Assembly (NCBI GenBank): GCA_019057795.1
Contig: JAHLWS010000082.1
Coordinates: 96,001 to 160,000 of the forward strand
From: Promethearchaeota archaeon
Lineage (GTDB): Archaea; Asgardarchaeota; Lokiarchaeia; Sigyniarchaeales; SOKP01
Reading direction: 5' to 3'
DNA length: 64,000 nucleotides
Below, one piece after another: positions 39,761 to 49,550 of this stretch; the stretch's first letter is position 1; each line of letters starts with the position of its first letter. The notes beneath the pieces are model-generated. The model searched no databases and was not told where the DNA came from. It saw only the letters and a program-made list of their open reading frames with translations. The position numbers and the translations under genes are program-made.

Positions 39761-40237
39761 ATACCTAACTGGGTCGTTCATAATAAGTGGGCAAAAATAG
39801 CGGGAATAGACGAATTAATCGCGAATGTCGTCGATATGAACATCGACTACGGGACTACTTGGGCGTTTAATTCTAATAATAACGACCCTAGCAACGACGA
39901 TGAAAGCGTTATCGTCAAACAACTAAAGTTCTTTCATCAAAAAGATTTAGAAAAAAAATATAGCGATAAGAATTTGTATGTAAAAGCTTTTTACTTACAT
40001 CACCTGTTAGATTATTTTAGAGAAACTCGCTTTGATATTTACGATATTGACCTAATTTTTGATAAATTCCTACAAGAAAAAGTTAAAACTCAAATAGTAA
40101 ATAACATAGGGAAAGAAATCAATTTCCAAAAAGAAATTCACCAAATTTTCGATCTTTTAAAAAAAAATAAAAGAGAATTATATTCCGATCTAAGAGGGGA
40201 ATACTTAACAAGGTTAGATAATAAAAAGGAACAATGA
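39761..40237 (+). CDS. Hypothetical His-rich helical protein, possibly metal-binding; probable ATA start at 39761
   Basis: In-frame extension (I/M)PNWVVHNKWAKIAGIDELIANVVD precedes the track ORF; LHHLLD motif. Confidence 0.6.
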   Translation: MPNWVVHNKWAKIAGIDELIANVVDMNIDYGTTWAFNSNNNDPSNDDESVIVKQLKFFHQKDLEKKYSDKNLYVKAFYLHHLLDYFRETRFDIYDIDLIFDKFLQEKVKTQIVNNIGKEINFQKEIHQIFDLLKKNKRELYSDLRGEYLTRLDNKKEQ

Positions 40238-40399
40238 AATTATGACCTAGTACTTTAACCAAGTGCTTTCCTCAGAAATATAACTTTAATTTATAGTAAA
40301 AAATAAATATTCAATATCATTAAAGTAGTTATCATTTAATCTAAAAATGTACAATTCAAAATTAATTCTTAAAAAAAAAAGTTAGGAAATTGATTAAAA

Positions 40400-41710
40400 A
40401 TGCCTACAGATAAAAAACATTTGAATTTAGTCATAATTGGGCACATAGATCACGGTAAGAGCACTTTGATGGGCGCCATGCTCATTAAAAGCGGTGCCAT
40501 TTCAGATAGAGAGGCGCGGGAACTAGAGAAATTAGCAAAAGAATACGATAGAGAATCTTGGTCGTACGCTTATGTGTTTGACAGATTGAAAGAGGAAAGA
40601 CAACGCGGTATTACCATTGATTTAGCGTTTCGAAAGTTTGAAACAAAAACAAAATATTTTACCATAATTGACGCACCTGGACACGCAGATTTCGTAAAGA
40701 ACATGATTACGGGCGCTTCTCAGGCGGACGCCGCCATCTTAGTAATTTCTGGAAAAAAAGGTGAAATGGAAGTTGGTATTGCCGCAAATGGCCAAACTCG
40801 AGAACACGCTTATTTAGCACAGACTTTAGGTGTTAAACAATTAGTCGTTGCTGTCAATAAAGCAGATGTCTACGATTATAGCGAAGAACGTTATAACGAA
40901 GTGAAAGATGCGGCCTCTGATCTTTTGAAAAGCATTGGTTTCCCCGTCAAGAAGATTCCATTCGTTCCAGTCTCGGGCATAAAAGCCGAGAATTTAACGG
41001 AAAAAACCGATAAGCTTTCTTGGTATGACGGTCCAACCTTACTTGAAGCAATCGACAACTTTGAAATACCTGAAAAACCTACTAACAAACCCTTGAGAAT
41101 TCCTATCCAGGACGCTTATAATATTAAGGGTACAGGAGTCGTTCCTGTTGGAAGAGTAGAAACTGGCGTATTAAAGAAAAACGATAAAATTGTAATCATG
41201 CCAACGGGCTTTCAAGGCGAAATAAGAAGCATCGAGATGCATCACGAGGAAATTGATGTAGCAGAACCCGGTGATAATATCGGATTTAGCATTAGAGGTA
41301 TTTCAATGGAAGATGTGGGGCGCGGCGATGTCATGGGTCATCCGAACAATGTTCCAACGGTAGTTACACCAAAAGGGAGCTGGACGGGACAGATTATTGT
41401 TATTTGGCATCCAACCGTAATTGCTCAAGGATATACCCCTGTTGTTCACGCTCATACGGCTCAAGTAGCTGCTAAGTTCGTCGAACTGATTAAAAAGTTA
41501 GATCAGAAGACTGGTGCTGTGATCGAAGATAATCCGAAATTCCTTAAGAAAAACGAAGCCGCTATCGTCAAATTGCAACCGATTAAAAAGCTTTGTATTG
41601 AAAAATACGAAGAGTTCCCCGAACTTGGAAGGTTTGCGGTAAGAGATATGGGTAGAACGGCCTGCGTTGGGATTGTAAAAGACCTAGTGACAGGGGAAAC
41701 AGAGGAATAA
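40400..41710 (+). CDS. tuf: Elongation factor 1-alpha
   Basis: GHIDHGKST, ERQRGITID, DAPGH, NKAD, LGRFAVRDMG. Confidence 0.98.
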   Translation: MPTDKKHLNLVIIGHIDHGKSTLMGAMLIKSGAISDREARELEKLAKEYDRESWSYAYVFDRLKEERQRGITIDLAFRKFETKTKYFTIIDAPGHADFVKNMITGASQADAAILVISGKKGEMEVGIAANGQTREHAYLAQTLGVKQLVVAVNKADVYDYSEERYNEVKDAASDLLKSIGFPVKKIPFVPVSGIKAENLTEKTDKLSWYDGPTLLEAIDNFEIPEKPTNKPLRIPIQDAYNIKGTGVVPVGRVETGVLKKNDKIVIMPTGFQGEIRSIEMHHEEIDVAEPGDNIGFSIRGISMEDVGRGDVMGHPNNVPTVVTPKGSWTGQIIVIWHPTVIAQGYTPVVHAHTAQVAAKFVELIKKLDQKTGAVIEDNPKFLKKNEAAIVKLQPIKKLCIEKYEEFPELGRFAVRDMGRTACVGIVKDLVTGETEE

Positions 41711-41879
41711 AGATTTAACCTTTTTTTGATTTTTTATTTATATCTAATTTTATTTATTTTTTCATTTTTTCTAATTAAACTGATTAAAAAAATTTCATAT
41801 TATGTGAATATTATTTTCTTTTTTGAACAATTGCTTGCCTTTTCTAATTAAGGTAATTTTTGATTAGGAAGGGTTAATT

Positions 41880-42356
41880 TTGTTTTCTACAAAGAAAAAA
41901 ATTTGTTTTATTGGAGAACAGAACGTTGGTAAATCATCACTGCTATCCTTATTACAGGGAAGGGAAGTCCAAAAAGAAAGAATTCCTACGGTGGGATTAG
42001 AAGTAGAAGACTCCATTTTGAACGGTAAAAAGTGCTCAATATGGGATCTAGGCGGACAGAAAAGGTTTAAGTTCATGTGGCAGGATTTCTTGAAAGGTGC
42101 TGGTTTAGCAGTTATAGTATGCGATTCAACCGAGAAAAATGTAAACCAAACTAAGGAGATTTATAATAGGTTTGAACGTACCTTAGGGACTAAAATTATT
42201 GCCATCGCGAATAAACAAGACTTACCTGGTAGGTTAAGTGCTCAAGAAGTTCAGAAGAGGTTAGGAGGGTTAAAGACGTATGGAATGTCTGCTATTCGAC
42301 CTGAATTGCGCGAAAGGATGAAAGAAATTTTAGAATACGAGATAGCTACTTTTTAA
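41880..42356 (+). CDS. Arf/Arl-like small GTPase
   Basis: GEQNVGKS, PTVG, WDLGGQ, ANKQD, SA. Confidence 0.88.
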   Translation: MFSTKKKICFIGEQNVGKSSLLSLLQGREVQKERIPTVGLEVEDSILNGKKCSIWDLGGQKRFKFMWQDFLKGAGLAVIVCDSTEKNVNQTKEIYNRFERTLGTKIIAIANKQDLPGRLSAQEVQKRLGGLKTYGMSAIRPELRERMKEILEYEIATF

Positions 42357-42376
42357 ATTATGTTCTACAGAAAGCT

Positions 42377-42937
42377 TTATAAGGCATTTCCTATTATGTG
42401 GGCTAGTCGAACTGGCTCAGGTATTTTTGAATCAATGCATATTTTTTTTAGCAAGGATTCTACCTCAGAAAATTGAATCCCTTTAGAATGAAAATAAATT
42501 TTGGAGATTCCACCTGCCGTTTCAACAGAAGTTTCATATAAATTACCGGCATTAACTATATTTTGAAGTTTTTCTTTATACCGGCTAGGAAAATTCTTAA
42601 CAATCGCTTTTTTGACAGCTTTAAGATCGACTTTTCTTTCGGTTATAGCTACGATTGGTTTGTTTATTCGCCTGTAAATTTCCTCTAAATCAATAATGTT
42701 AAATCCGCCAAAAGTAATTGTGTCAGTTAAAATGTATTGAATATGTTTTTCGTTTCGTTTAACGAGTTCGATCAAAACTTCTGTAGCGTCGCTTCCATCA
42801 ATTGTTATTTCTTTTTTAACCATACTTACAATCCTAACACCTTGACAGACGATCCCTATTAAATCTGTAGTTTTAGAATGTGATTTGAGGTTAAATCTTG
42901 CATCGTCAAATCCAATTGTTATTGGAAAATTCTTCAT
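42377..42937 (-). CDS. DUF99 family (endonuclease V-like) protein
   Basis: IGFDDA, DG.DAT, ITFGGFNIID, PEPVRLAH. Confidence 0.88.
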   Translation of the reverse strand: MKNFPITIGFDDARFNLKSHSKTTDLIGIVCQGVRIVSMVKKEITIDGSDATEVLIELVKRNEKHIQYILTDTITFGGFNIIDLEEIYRRINKPIVAITERKVDLKAVKKAIVKNFPSRYKEKLQNIVNAGNLYETSVETAGGISKIYFHSKGIQFSEVESLLKKICIDSKIPEPVRLAHIIGNAL

Positions 42938-42939
42938 GC

Positions 42940-43392
42940 TTAATTCTCAGGTAAGAATTTTTTAATGTGATTTAAGAGCTTTGTGAACGCAATCTTGGCG
43001 CTTTCTATTTCGATATGCCTTTCGTATAAATCTCCTGTAAGAGTATCTGCGAGGAAATTTATAATTTCCTTTATCGTCATTTTTTCAATAAACCAGATGT
43101 AAGCAATAATAGCTTCAACGGTGTCTGCGAGATCGTGAGCGTTTGCTCTGTTTTTCGAAAAACTTTTCATCTTTGCGTCTTTTAAAGCTTCTGCCAAAAT
43201 TGTTTTGCTTACCTTCATACCCGTTCGAATAATTTTATTATTTTTGTTATTACGTGTTAAATACATGGATTTAGCAACCGAGTAAGTAAGATTAACAATA
43301 CTATCTCCGATTTTAGCTAGCCCTTTATCAGTTCCTATGGATCTTTGGGTAAGATTAAGGTTTAAATCTTTTAATAAAAAATTATATGCCAT
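42940..43392 (-). CDS. Archaeal ribonuclease III-like protein
   Basis: GLAKIGDSIVNL, LADTVEAIIA. Confidence 0.8.
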   Translation of the reverse strand: MAYNFLLKDLNLNLTQRSIGTDKGLAKIGDSIVNLTYSVAKSMYLTRNNKNNKIIRTGMKVSKTILAEALKDAKMKSFSKNRANAHDLADTVEAIIAYIWFIEKMTIKEIINFLADTLTGDLYERHIEIESAKIAFTKLLNHIKKFLPEN

Positions 43393-43451
43393 TAAGAATA
43401 GATGATCAGTAATTTCTTATAAACTTTTCATAAAACTGAAAAAAAGATTCA

Positions 43452-43958
43452 TTACATAAGTTTTTTAAATAATTTCTGGGTTTCAGCAACTTCATTTCTC
43501 AAAGCATCTATTCCTTTGAGAAAGATTTTTTTTAATTTGTATCCGTCTTCGAGTCTAATAAAAATTTGAGGTGGGGATAAGGCTATTTCCGTAATTTTAT
43601 AAGCCGCAGCTATAACCCCTTCGACCATTAACAAATGTTTTACAAGGATATTACAAAAACCATGCGATTGTCCTTCAAGGGTTAATGTATAATCGTTGTC
43701 GCCTGGACCACTTACTATATTTAATTTTAATATTGTGTGCTCTGGTAGTTCTGGAGCTTGTTCTACTTCTTCTTCTTCTTCCGATTCAACTTTTTCAGTC
43801 TGTTCAGGTGTTTCAGCAAGAGGTGTCTCGTCCTTTTTCACAGATTCACTTGATACATCGGGGTAATGGCTATCTATATCTTCCTTGTCAAATATATCTT
43901 CTTCCTCGTCTTCAAGCTTGCTATCTTCTTCCTTTGGTCCAACTTTTTTTTTTGCCAC
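43452..43958 (-). CDS. rpo11: RNA polymerase subunit Rpo11 (L) with acidic N-terminal extension
   Basis: EGQSHGFCNIL..V.AAAY core; lies near csl4. Confidence 0.8.
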   Translation of the reverse strand: MAKKKVGPKEEDSKLEDEEEDIFDKEDIDSHYPDVSSESVKKDETPLAETPEQTEKVESEEEEEVEQAPELPEHTILKLNIVSGPGDNDYTLTLEGQSHGFCNILVKHLLMVEGVIAAAYKITEIALSPPQIFIRLEDGYKLKKIFLKGIDALRNEVAETQKLFKKLM

Positions 43959-44049
43959 TATATTCTACCAAAATCTGTGAATCTAATTTCTCTAATATAG
44001 AATTAAATAAATGTTTTTTGGTTAATTTTAAAAAAAGGGTTGACTCAAA

Positions 44050-44451
44050 TTAAGGCCACCATTCAGAAGACGGCGTATGAGGAAAATCTTCGCCGTACCA
44101 TAATTCTCCTTCTTTTGCCTTTCTTTCGTAAAACCTGTGGTACTTCTCGTAACATTTAACGCAAAACCACTCCTTCATATGGGAATTAAAGGTCATGTCG
44201 CAGGTTCGGGAGCCGCACAAGACACATACGCAAATGGAGCTATCCCACGCGTATGCTAACTTGCTCTGCTTATCCGATAATTCCCAAACACGCTTCCCGT
44301 CCGCTTCGCTTTCTGTAGGCCTTAAACCTTTTCCTTCGTCCAATAACTTTCTCGTCTCAACGCGCTTAGCTGTAGAAATTACTTCTCTCAAGGCGTTTCG
44401 AAACCTTACCAGTTGAGGGTGCCGGACGGAAATCGTTCTTTTTTTTCTCAT
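44050..44451 (-). CDS. Hypothetical Zn-binding protein
   Basis: C..C...DM......WFC..CY; likely start MRKKR at 44451. Confidence 0.6.
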   Translation of the reverse strand: MRKKRTISVRHPQLVRFRNALREVISTAKRVETRKLLDEGKGLRPTESEADGKRVWELSDKQSKLAYAWDSSICVCVLCGSRTCDMTFNSHMKEWFCVKCYEKYHRFYERKAKEGELWYGEDFPHTPSSEWWP

Positions 44452-44564
44452 CGTTATCCTTACCAAGTAAACTTTCCTATTTAAATCAAACGCCCGCGCT
44501 AATTTTTTAAAAATAAAAATTAAAAGAATTGTATTCCGATAAAAGACTAAAAAGATAAGCAATT

Positions 44565-44786
44565 TTATAAATATCGATTAGCTAACTCTTTTAATCTTTC
44601 AGTTGCTAAATATTGGAGATCTTTAGGGCCAAACAACGAGATTTTTATTGAATTTCCTTCAACTTTACAGTTTAAGGTAAGATAATTTATTTTTTTTTGA
44701 ACTTCTTCAAGAAATTTAATAGTGTTATTTAACTCCCCATTTGAGTTATAAAAGTGTATTACTTTTCTTCCACCACGGCTACCCAA
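44565..44786 (-). CDS. Small conserved-looking protein (DUF2067-like)
   Basis: 73 aa, downstream of csl4. Confidence 0.5.
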   Translation of the reverse strand: MGSRGGRKVIHFYNSNGELNNTIKFLEEVQKKINYLTLNCKVEGNSIKISLFGPKDLQYLATERLKELANRYL

Positions 44787-44815
44787 GAATAAAACCTTTA
44801 AAAAATAGTTCTTTT

Positions 44816-45412
44816 TTAATATCTTAAGTTTTCGGTTACATTTCCGTAATCGTCTGCTAATTTTCTGCTTTCAAGATTTCCACATCTGGGACATCTTAAT
44901 CTATCTAACCCTATCTTCTTAAGAGTTGTTCCACATATTAAGCAATCAGCATGAATAACTCCAAAATTTCTTCCAGAGGTGCTTAATTTATATTCGTTAT
45001 AATTCTGTTCAATTACTTTTGCTCGAATAATATCGGTAGTTTGAAAAGCATCTGAGATCCTCTCAATGTATTTTTTAGATATCTGAGAAACATGAATATT
45101 TCCAAAATAAGAGCTATTAAAATGAATTTTTCCATTGATTGTATGAAAATTAAGGCCCACAGAATACTGTCTTAAAAACAGGGCTGTGCCGATTACCCGA
45201 TCGCCAATCTCTACTGTTTTTCGATTTTCTTCTTGATGGCCCCTTACTTCTATTAATCTTTTGTTCGTATCAATATTGATTATTCCAGTTTTAGTTGCAA
45301 TAATTTGACCCTCTTTTACATAAGTAGACTGTTTATCGGGTAGAAATTCTTCTACAACACCTAAATATTGACCCGTAAGAACGATTTCTTTATTTTTCGC
45401 TGATTCTTTCAT
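44816..45412 (-). CDS. csl4: Exosome RNA-binding protein Csl4
   Basis: GVVEEFLP, IHVSQ, DIIRAKV, C..CG...CPRCG..E.RKLA. Confidence 0.93.
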   Translation of the reverse strand: MKESAKNKEIVLTGQYLGVVEEFLPDKQSTYVKEGQIIATKTGIINIDTNKRLIEVRGHQEENRKTVEIGDRVIGTALFLRQYSVGLNFHTINGKIHFNSSYFGNIHVSQISKKYIERISDAFQTTDIIRAKVIEQNYNEYKLSTSGRNFGVIHADCLICGTTLKKIGLDRLRCPRCGNLESRKLADDYGNVTENLRY

Positions 45413-45498
45413 AATTTTAACAAAAATCTTTTAATTTCCCTATTAAATTATAATTAATTAACACAATTAAGTTTTTTCATAATTTTTCATAAACAGAT

Positions 45499-46137
45499 AT
45501 GAGAAAAAAAGATTTAATTTCGTTAATTCAAAAAACAGAAGTATTTTCTAATCCCAAAATCGAGTTAGAGCAATATTGCACTGATGCGAATAGTGCGGTA
45601 GACATCATATATTTTGCAGGAGTTGAATTTAACGACATAAAAAACCGATTAATAATCGATCTTGGCGCAGGAACTGGCAGACTATCGATCTCTTGCGCGT
45701 ACCTTCAAGCTAAGTATGTTTTAAGCATTGATATAGATTTTGACGCGATAAAGGTTTTAAAAGGAAATGTTAAAGATTTGAACCTTGAAGCTGTAATTTT
45801 ACCTATGTGCGCTGACATTAATAGGTTTGAAATCTCAGCGCATTTATATCCTAAAGAGTTAAATATCACGACAATTATGAACCCGCCTTTTGGAGTGCAA
45901 AAAAAAACCGCTGATAGATTTTTTTTACAAAAAGCCTTTTCTTTCTCGGATGTAGTTTATTCGATTCATTTAGCCAATGAAAAAGTTCATAATTTTATAT
46001 CTAAATTTGTAAGCTCAAAAAACTGGAGTATTAATTACGTATTACCTTTTAATTTAGTTTTAGAAAGGTCTTTTCCGTTCCATACAAAAAAGACAAAAAA
46101 AGTTGCTGTAAATGTTTATAGATTTATTAAAAATTAA
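45499..46137 (+). CDS. METTL5-family N6-adenine RNA methyltransferase
   Basis: PKIELEQY.T, DLGAGTG, MNPPFG, FH. Confidence 0.9.
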   Translation: MRKKDLISLIQKTEVFSNPKIELEQYCTDANSAVDIIYFAGVEFNDIKNRLIIDLGAGTGRLSISCAYLQAKYVLSIDIDFDAIKVLKGNVKDLNLEAVILPMCADINRFEISAHLYPKELNITTIMNPPFGVQKKTADRFFLQKAFSFSDVVYSIHLANEKVHNFISKFVSSKNWSINYVLPFNLVLERSFPFHTKKTKKVAVNVYRFIKN

Positions 46138-46153
46138 AAAAAAATAGACTTAA

Positions 46154-47458
46154 TTATTGAAATTTTTTCCAAGAATCTAATTGTTTAGGATAATTAGCAT
46201 TTGCCCCTAAGAATTCTTCAATTCTTAACAACTGGTTATATTTACAATTTCGATCAGATCTTGCCGTTGCGCCCGTTTTTAATTGTCCTGTACAAAGTCC
46301 AACTGCTAAATCTGCTATGAAGGGATCTTCAGTTTCGCCCGAACGATGGGATACCATAACATTAAATCCATTTTTGAAGGACATTTTTGCAGCATTTATT
46401 GCCTCAGTCAGCGAACCTATTTGATTTACTTTTAATAACAACGCATTTCCCGCTTTTTCTTTAATTGCCCTTTCAAGTATTTTTATATTAGTAACTGTAA
46501 GGTCATCATCTACAATTTGTATTGATTTATCGACTTTAGCAGTTAAATTGGCAAAACCACTAAACGCTTTTTCGTCAAATGGATCCTCTATTGACTTAAA
46601 TGGATAATCTTTAATTAAATCAAGATAATACTGTAACAATTCCCCTTCGGTTAACTTCTTACCGTCAATATTATATGTACCATCCTCAAAAAATTCACTC
46701 GCAGCCGCATCCATTCCTAGGAAAAAATCAGTTCCCATTAAAAAGCCCGCTTCCTCAATTGCTTCTATAATAATATCTACAGCATCTTTAGTTAAGGATA
46801 AGTTCGGGGCGAAGCCACCCTCATCACCCACATTAGTTGCTGAAGGCCCATATTTTTTGGCTAATAACTTCTTTAATGTTTGATACACCTCTGAGACGTT
46901 TTGGATTGCTTGAGCGAAATTTGGTGCTCCTAAGGGTAATATCATAAATTCTTGTATCGATAAATTATTGCCCGCATGTTCCCCCCCATTTATAATATTG
47001 CAGCATGGTAATGGTAATAAGAAATCTTTTCGAGTCTTATGATATGCTAATTCATGGAGATGAGCAAATAATGGTTTCTCAGATATAAGCGCAGCTAACT
47101 TTGCAACAGCTAAAGACACTGAAAGTATTGCATTGGCACCCAAGTTGCTTTTGTTTTCAGTGCCATCAATTGAAAGCATTTCTTTATCTAACTTTTCTTG
47201 TTCCCTCACATCAAATCCGTTTAATTTTTTCCCTAAAATATCGTTAACATTTGATACTGCTTTAGTTACATGTTTACCTAAGAAAGCAACTCCTCCATCT
47301 CTCAATTCAAGAGCCTCTAAAACACCTGTTGATGCGCCTGAAGGAACAGCCGCTCTTGCATAAATCTTACCTACATAAACATCGGTTTCAACTGTCGGAT
47401 TTCCACGCGAATCTAAAATCCAACGAGACTTAATTTCTGTAATTTTAAAGTCAGTCAT
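46154..47458 (-). CDS. eno: Enolase
   Basis: DSRGNPTVE, VPSGASTG, GDEGGFAP, SHRSGETED. Confidence 0.98.
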   Translation of the reverse strand: MTDFKITEIKSRWILDSRGNPTVETDVYVGKIYARAAVPSGASTGVLEALELRDGGVAFLGKHVTKAVSNVNDILGKKLNGFDVREQEKLDKEMLSIDGTENKSNLGANAILSVSLAVAKLAALISEKPLFAHLHELAYHKTRKDFLLPLPCCNIINGGEHAGNNLSIQEFMILPLGAPNFAQAIQNVSEVYQTLKKLLAKKYGPSATNVGDEGGFAPNLSLTKDAVDIIIEAIEEAGFLMGTDFFLGMDAAASEFFEDGTYNIDGKKLTEGELLQYYLDLIKDYPFKSIEDPFDEKAFSGFANLTAKVDKSIQIVDDDLTVTNIKILERAIKEKAGNALLLKVNQIGSLTEAINAAKMSFKNGFNVMVSHRSGETEDPFIADLAVGLCTGQLKTGATARSDRNCKYNQLLRIEEFLGANANYPKQLDSWKKFQ

Positions 47459-47576
47459 TCTAAAAATTCCTATTCTGTTTATTAAAGTTCTGTAATAATA
47501 ATAAATAAAGAAACTTTAATTCTTAATAATATTTTTTTATATATTATTATAAGCTTTATTAGAATTTAGTGTTTAA

Positions 47577-48548
47577 ATGTCAACAGATAACAGACCTTGG
47601 GTAGAAAAGTATAGACCTCGCCTTTTAGGTGATGTCGTTAATCAAAAGGGAATTATAAAGCGTTTACAACAATTTATTAAGGATAAATCGATGCCCCACC
47701 TTATATTTGCTGGTCCAGCAGGTACTGGGAAAACAACTTCTGCTCTAGCAATGGTTAGGGGACTGTATGGTAGAAAAATGGCGATTAATACTACTTTTTT
47801 GGAATTAAATGCAAGCGATGCAAGAGGTATTAATGTTATCAGAACTTACATTAAGGATTTTGCAAAAGCAAAACCTCCGTCTGACATACCGTTCAAAATT
47901 TTAATCTTAGACGAGGCGGACAATATGACGGCGCCTGCTCAGCAAGCACTAAGGAGAACAATGGAAAAATACACAAAAAATTGTAGGATGGTTTTAATTT
48001 GTAACTATTCTAATAAAATTATCCCCCCAATCCAATCTAGATGCGTTGTTTTTAGATTTTCCTCTTTGAATAATGAGGACATTAAAGAGAGAATAAAATA
48101 TATCGCTAATCAAGAACAAATGAGCCTAACACCAGATGGGTTAATTGCTTTAGTAGATGTATCGAAGGGAGACTGTCGTCGAGCTATAAATTACTTGCAA
48201 TCTTGCGGTACAATTTCAAAAAAAATCGATCAAGATATAGTTTTTCGTGTTGCTGGCGAAGTACCATCAGATAAAATAAGAGAAATTTTAAAAACTGCTA
48301 TTGAAGGGCAATTACAATTTTCCTTGAAATTACTTAACGATATCATAAGAGAATACGGTTTGTCGGGCATCAATATTATTAAAAATATACATCGAGAGAT
48401 TTATGACTTACAAATTTCAGAAAACCTGAAAATTGAGCTTTCTAAACTCTTAGCTGAATCGGAATACCGATTAAGCCAAGGAGGTACGGAAGAGATTCAA
48501 TTACAAGCGTTATTAGCCAATATTGTTATGTTGCATGAAATTAAATAA
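47577..48548 (+). CDS. rfcS: Replication factor C small subunit
   Basis: PWVEKYRP, GPAGTGKT, LNASD, LDEAD, IQSRC. Confidence 0.97.
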   Translation: MSTDNRPWVEKYRPRLLGDVVNQKGIIKRLQQFIKDKSMPHLIFAGPAGTGKTTSALAMVRGLYGRKMAINTTFLELNASDARGINVIRTYIKDFAKAKPPSDIPFKILILDEADNMTAPAQQALRRTMEKYTKNCRMVLICNYSNKIIPPIQSRCVVFRFSSLNNEDIKERIKYIANQEQMSLTPDGLIALVDVSKGDCRRAINYLQSCGTISKKIDQDIVFRVAGEVPSDKIREILKTAIEGQLQFSLKLLNDIIREYGLSGINIIKNIHREIYDLQISENLKIELSKLLAESEYRLSQGGTEEIQLQALLANIVMLHEIK

Positions 48549-49373
48549 TTTTTTTTTTAAAGCGAATTTTTGCTCTTGCTCTCTAAAATATTTATCCCTT
48601 CTCTCTTCTGATTTATTATCGATTACGAAACTTACATTATTACCATAGTTGATATCCCACAAGATCAATCCAAAAGGATCAGCAGGTTGATAAGAGATAT
48701 CTTTGGATGGGTCAAATAAATCAATAAATTCTTCATAACTGATTTTACCAAAGCCTACTTCTAAAATCTTAGCTACCATTCGTCTTATTTGTTGCCTTAG
48801 AAAAGCTCTGCTTTTAAAATCGAACATAATAAAATTCCCTTCTATATTAATTGAGGTCGTAATCATATCTCTAATGTATTTTACTTTTTCTTTTCCTGGC
48901 TTAGAAAAATTTTTAAAGTTATGTCGTCCCTCTAGAGCCTTACATACCTTTTTCATCGCCTTAAAATTAACTATGGAGTCATCTTTAAGGATGGCTTTTG
49001 GATATGGCATAATATATTTGTAATGCCTAAACTGTGCGTTATATCTTGAATAAAAGTCTGTTGGAACTTTTGAATAAGCCCAGAGGCCAATATTTTTTGG
49101 CAAAGCAGAATTTATCTCCATCAATATGGGTATTTTTTCAGTAATAAAAGAAAATGTTGATCCTCGAGCTGAAACTAACCTATCGGTTCTGCTTGCCACC
49201 TCGAAACCCGATTTCTTAGATTCATGTATATAATTCTTTTCTTGTAAAGCTGTTAGTAAGCAGTCTTCAATAGTTAAACAATTGGGTTGTCGTTGAGAAC
49301 CGAAATATTCCTCCGCTCCTATGTAATAAAATTTAAAGAGATATCTTGTTTTTTCCATTCCTAATAATTTCAT
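48513..49373 (-). CDS. truA: tRNA pseudouridine(38-40) synthase
   Basis: GSQRQP, ASRTDRLVSA, G.HNF.NF, FLRQQIRRMV. Confidence 0.92.
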   Translation of the reverse strand: MKLLGMEKTRYLFKFYYIGAEEYFGSQRQPNCLTIEDCLLTALQEKNYIHESKKSGFEVASRTDRLVSARGSTFSFITEKIPILMEINSALPKNIGLWAYSKVPTDFYSRYNAQFRHYKYIMPYPKAILKDDSIVNFKAMKKVCKALEGRHNFKNFSKPGKEKVKYIRDMITTSINIEGNFIMFDFKSRAFLRQQIRRMVAKILEVGFGKISYEEFIDLFDPSKDISYQPADPFGLILWDINYGNNVSFVIDNKSEERRDKYFREQEQKFALKKKLFNFMQHNNIG

Positions 49374-49550
49374 CTTTAAAATTATATTAATTTTATGTAT
49401 GAAATCGGAATTTTCAAATAAAATAAACTCATGTTATAATATTGAGATTAATTAATTTATCAAAAAATAATCTTTTAATGGAATTTAACATTTATATTTT
49501 TAAATTTCATATGATAATTTCAGTATATTAAAAGCGTTTAGAAAGAGAAT

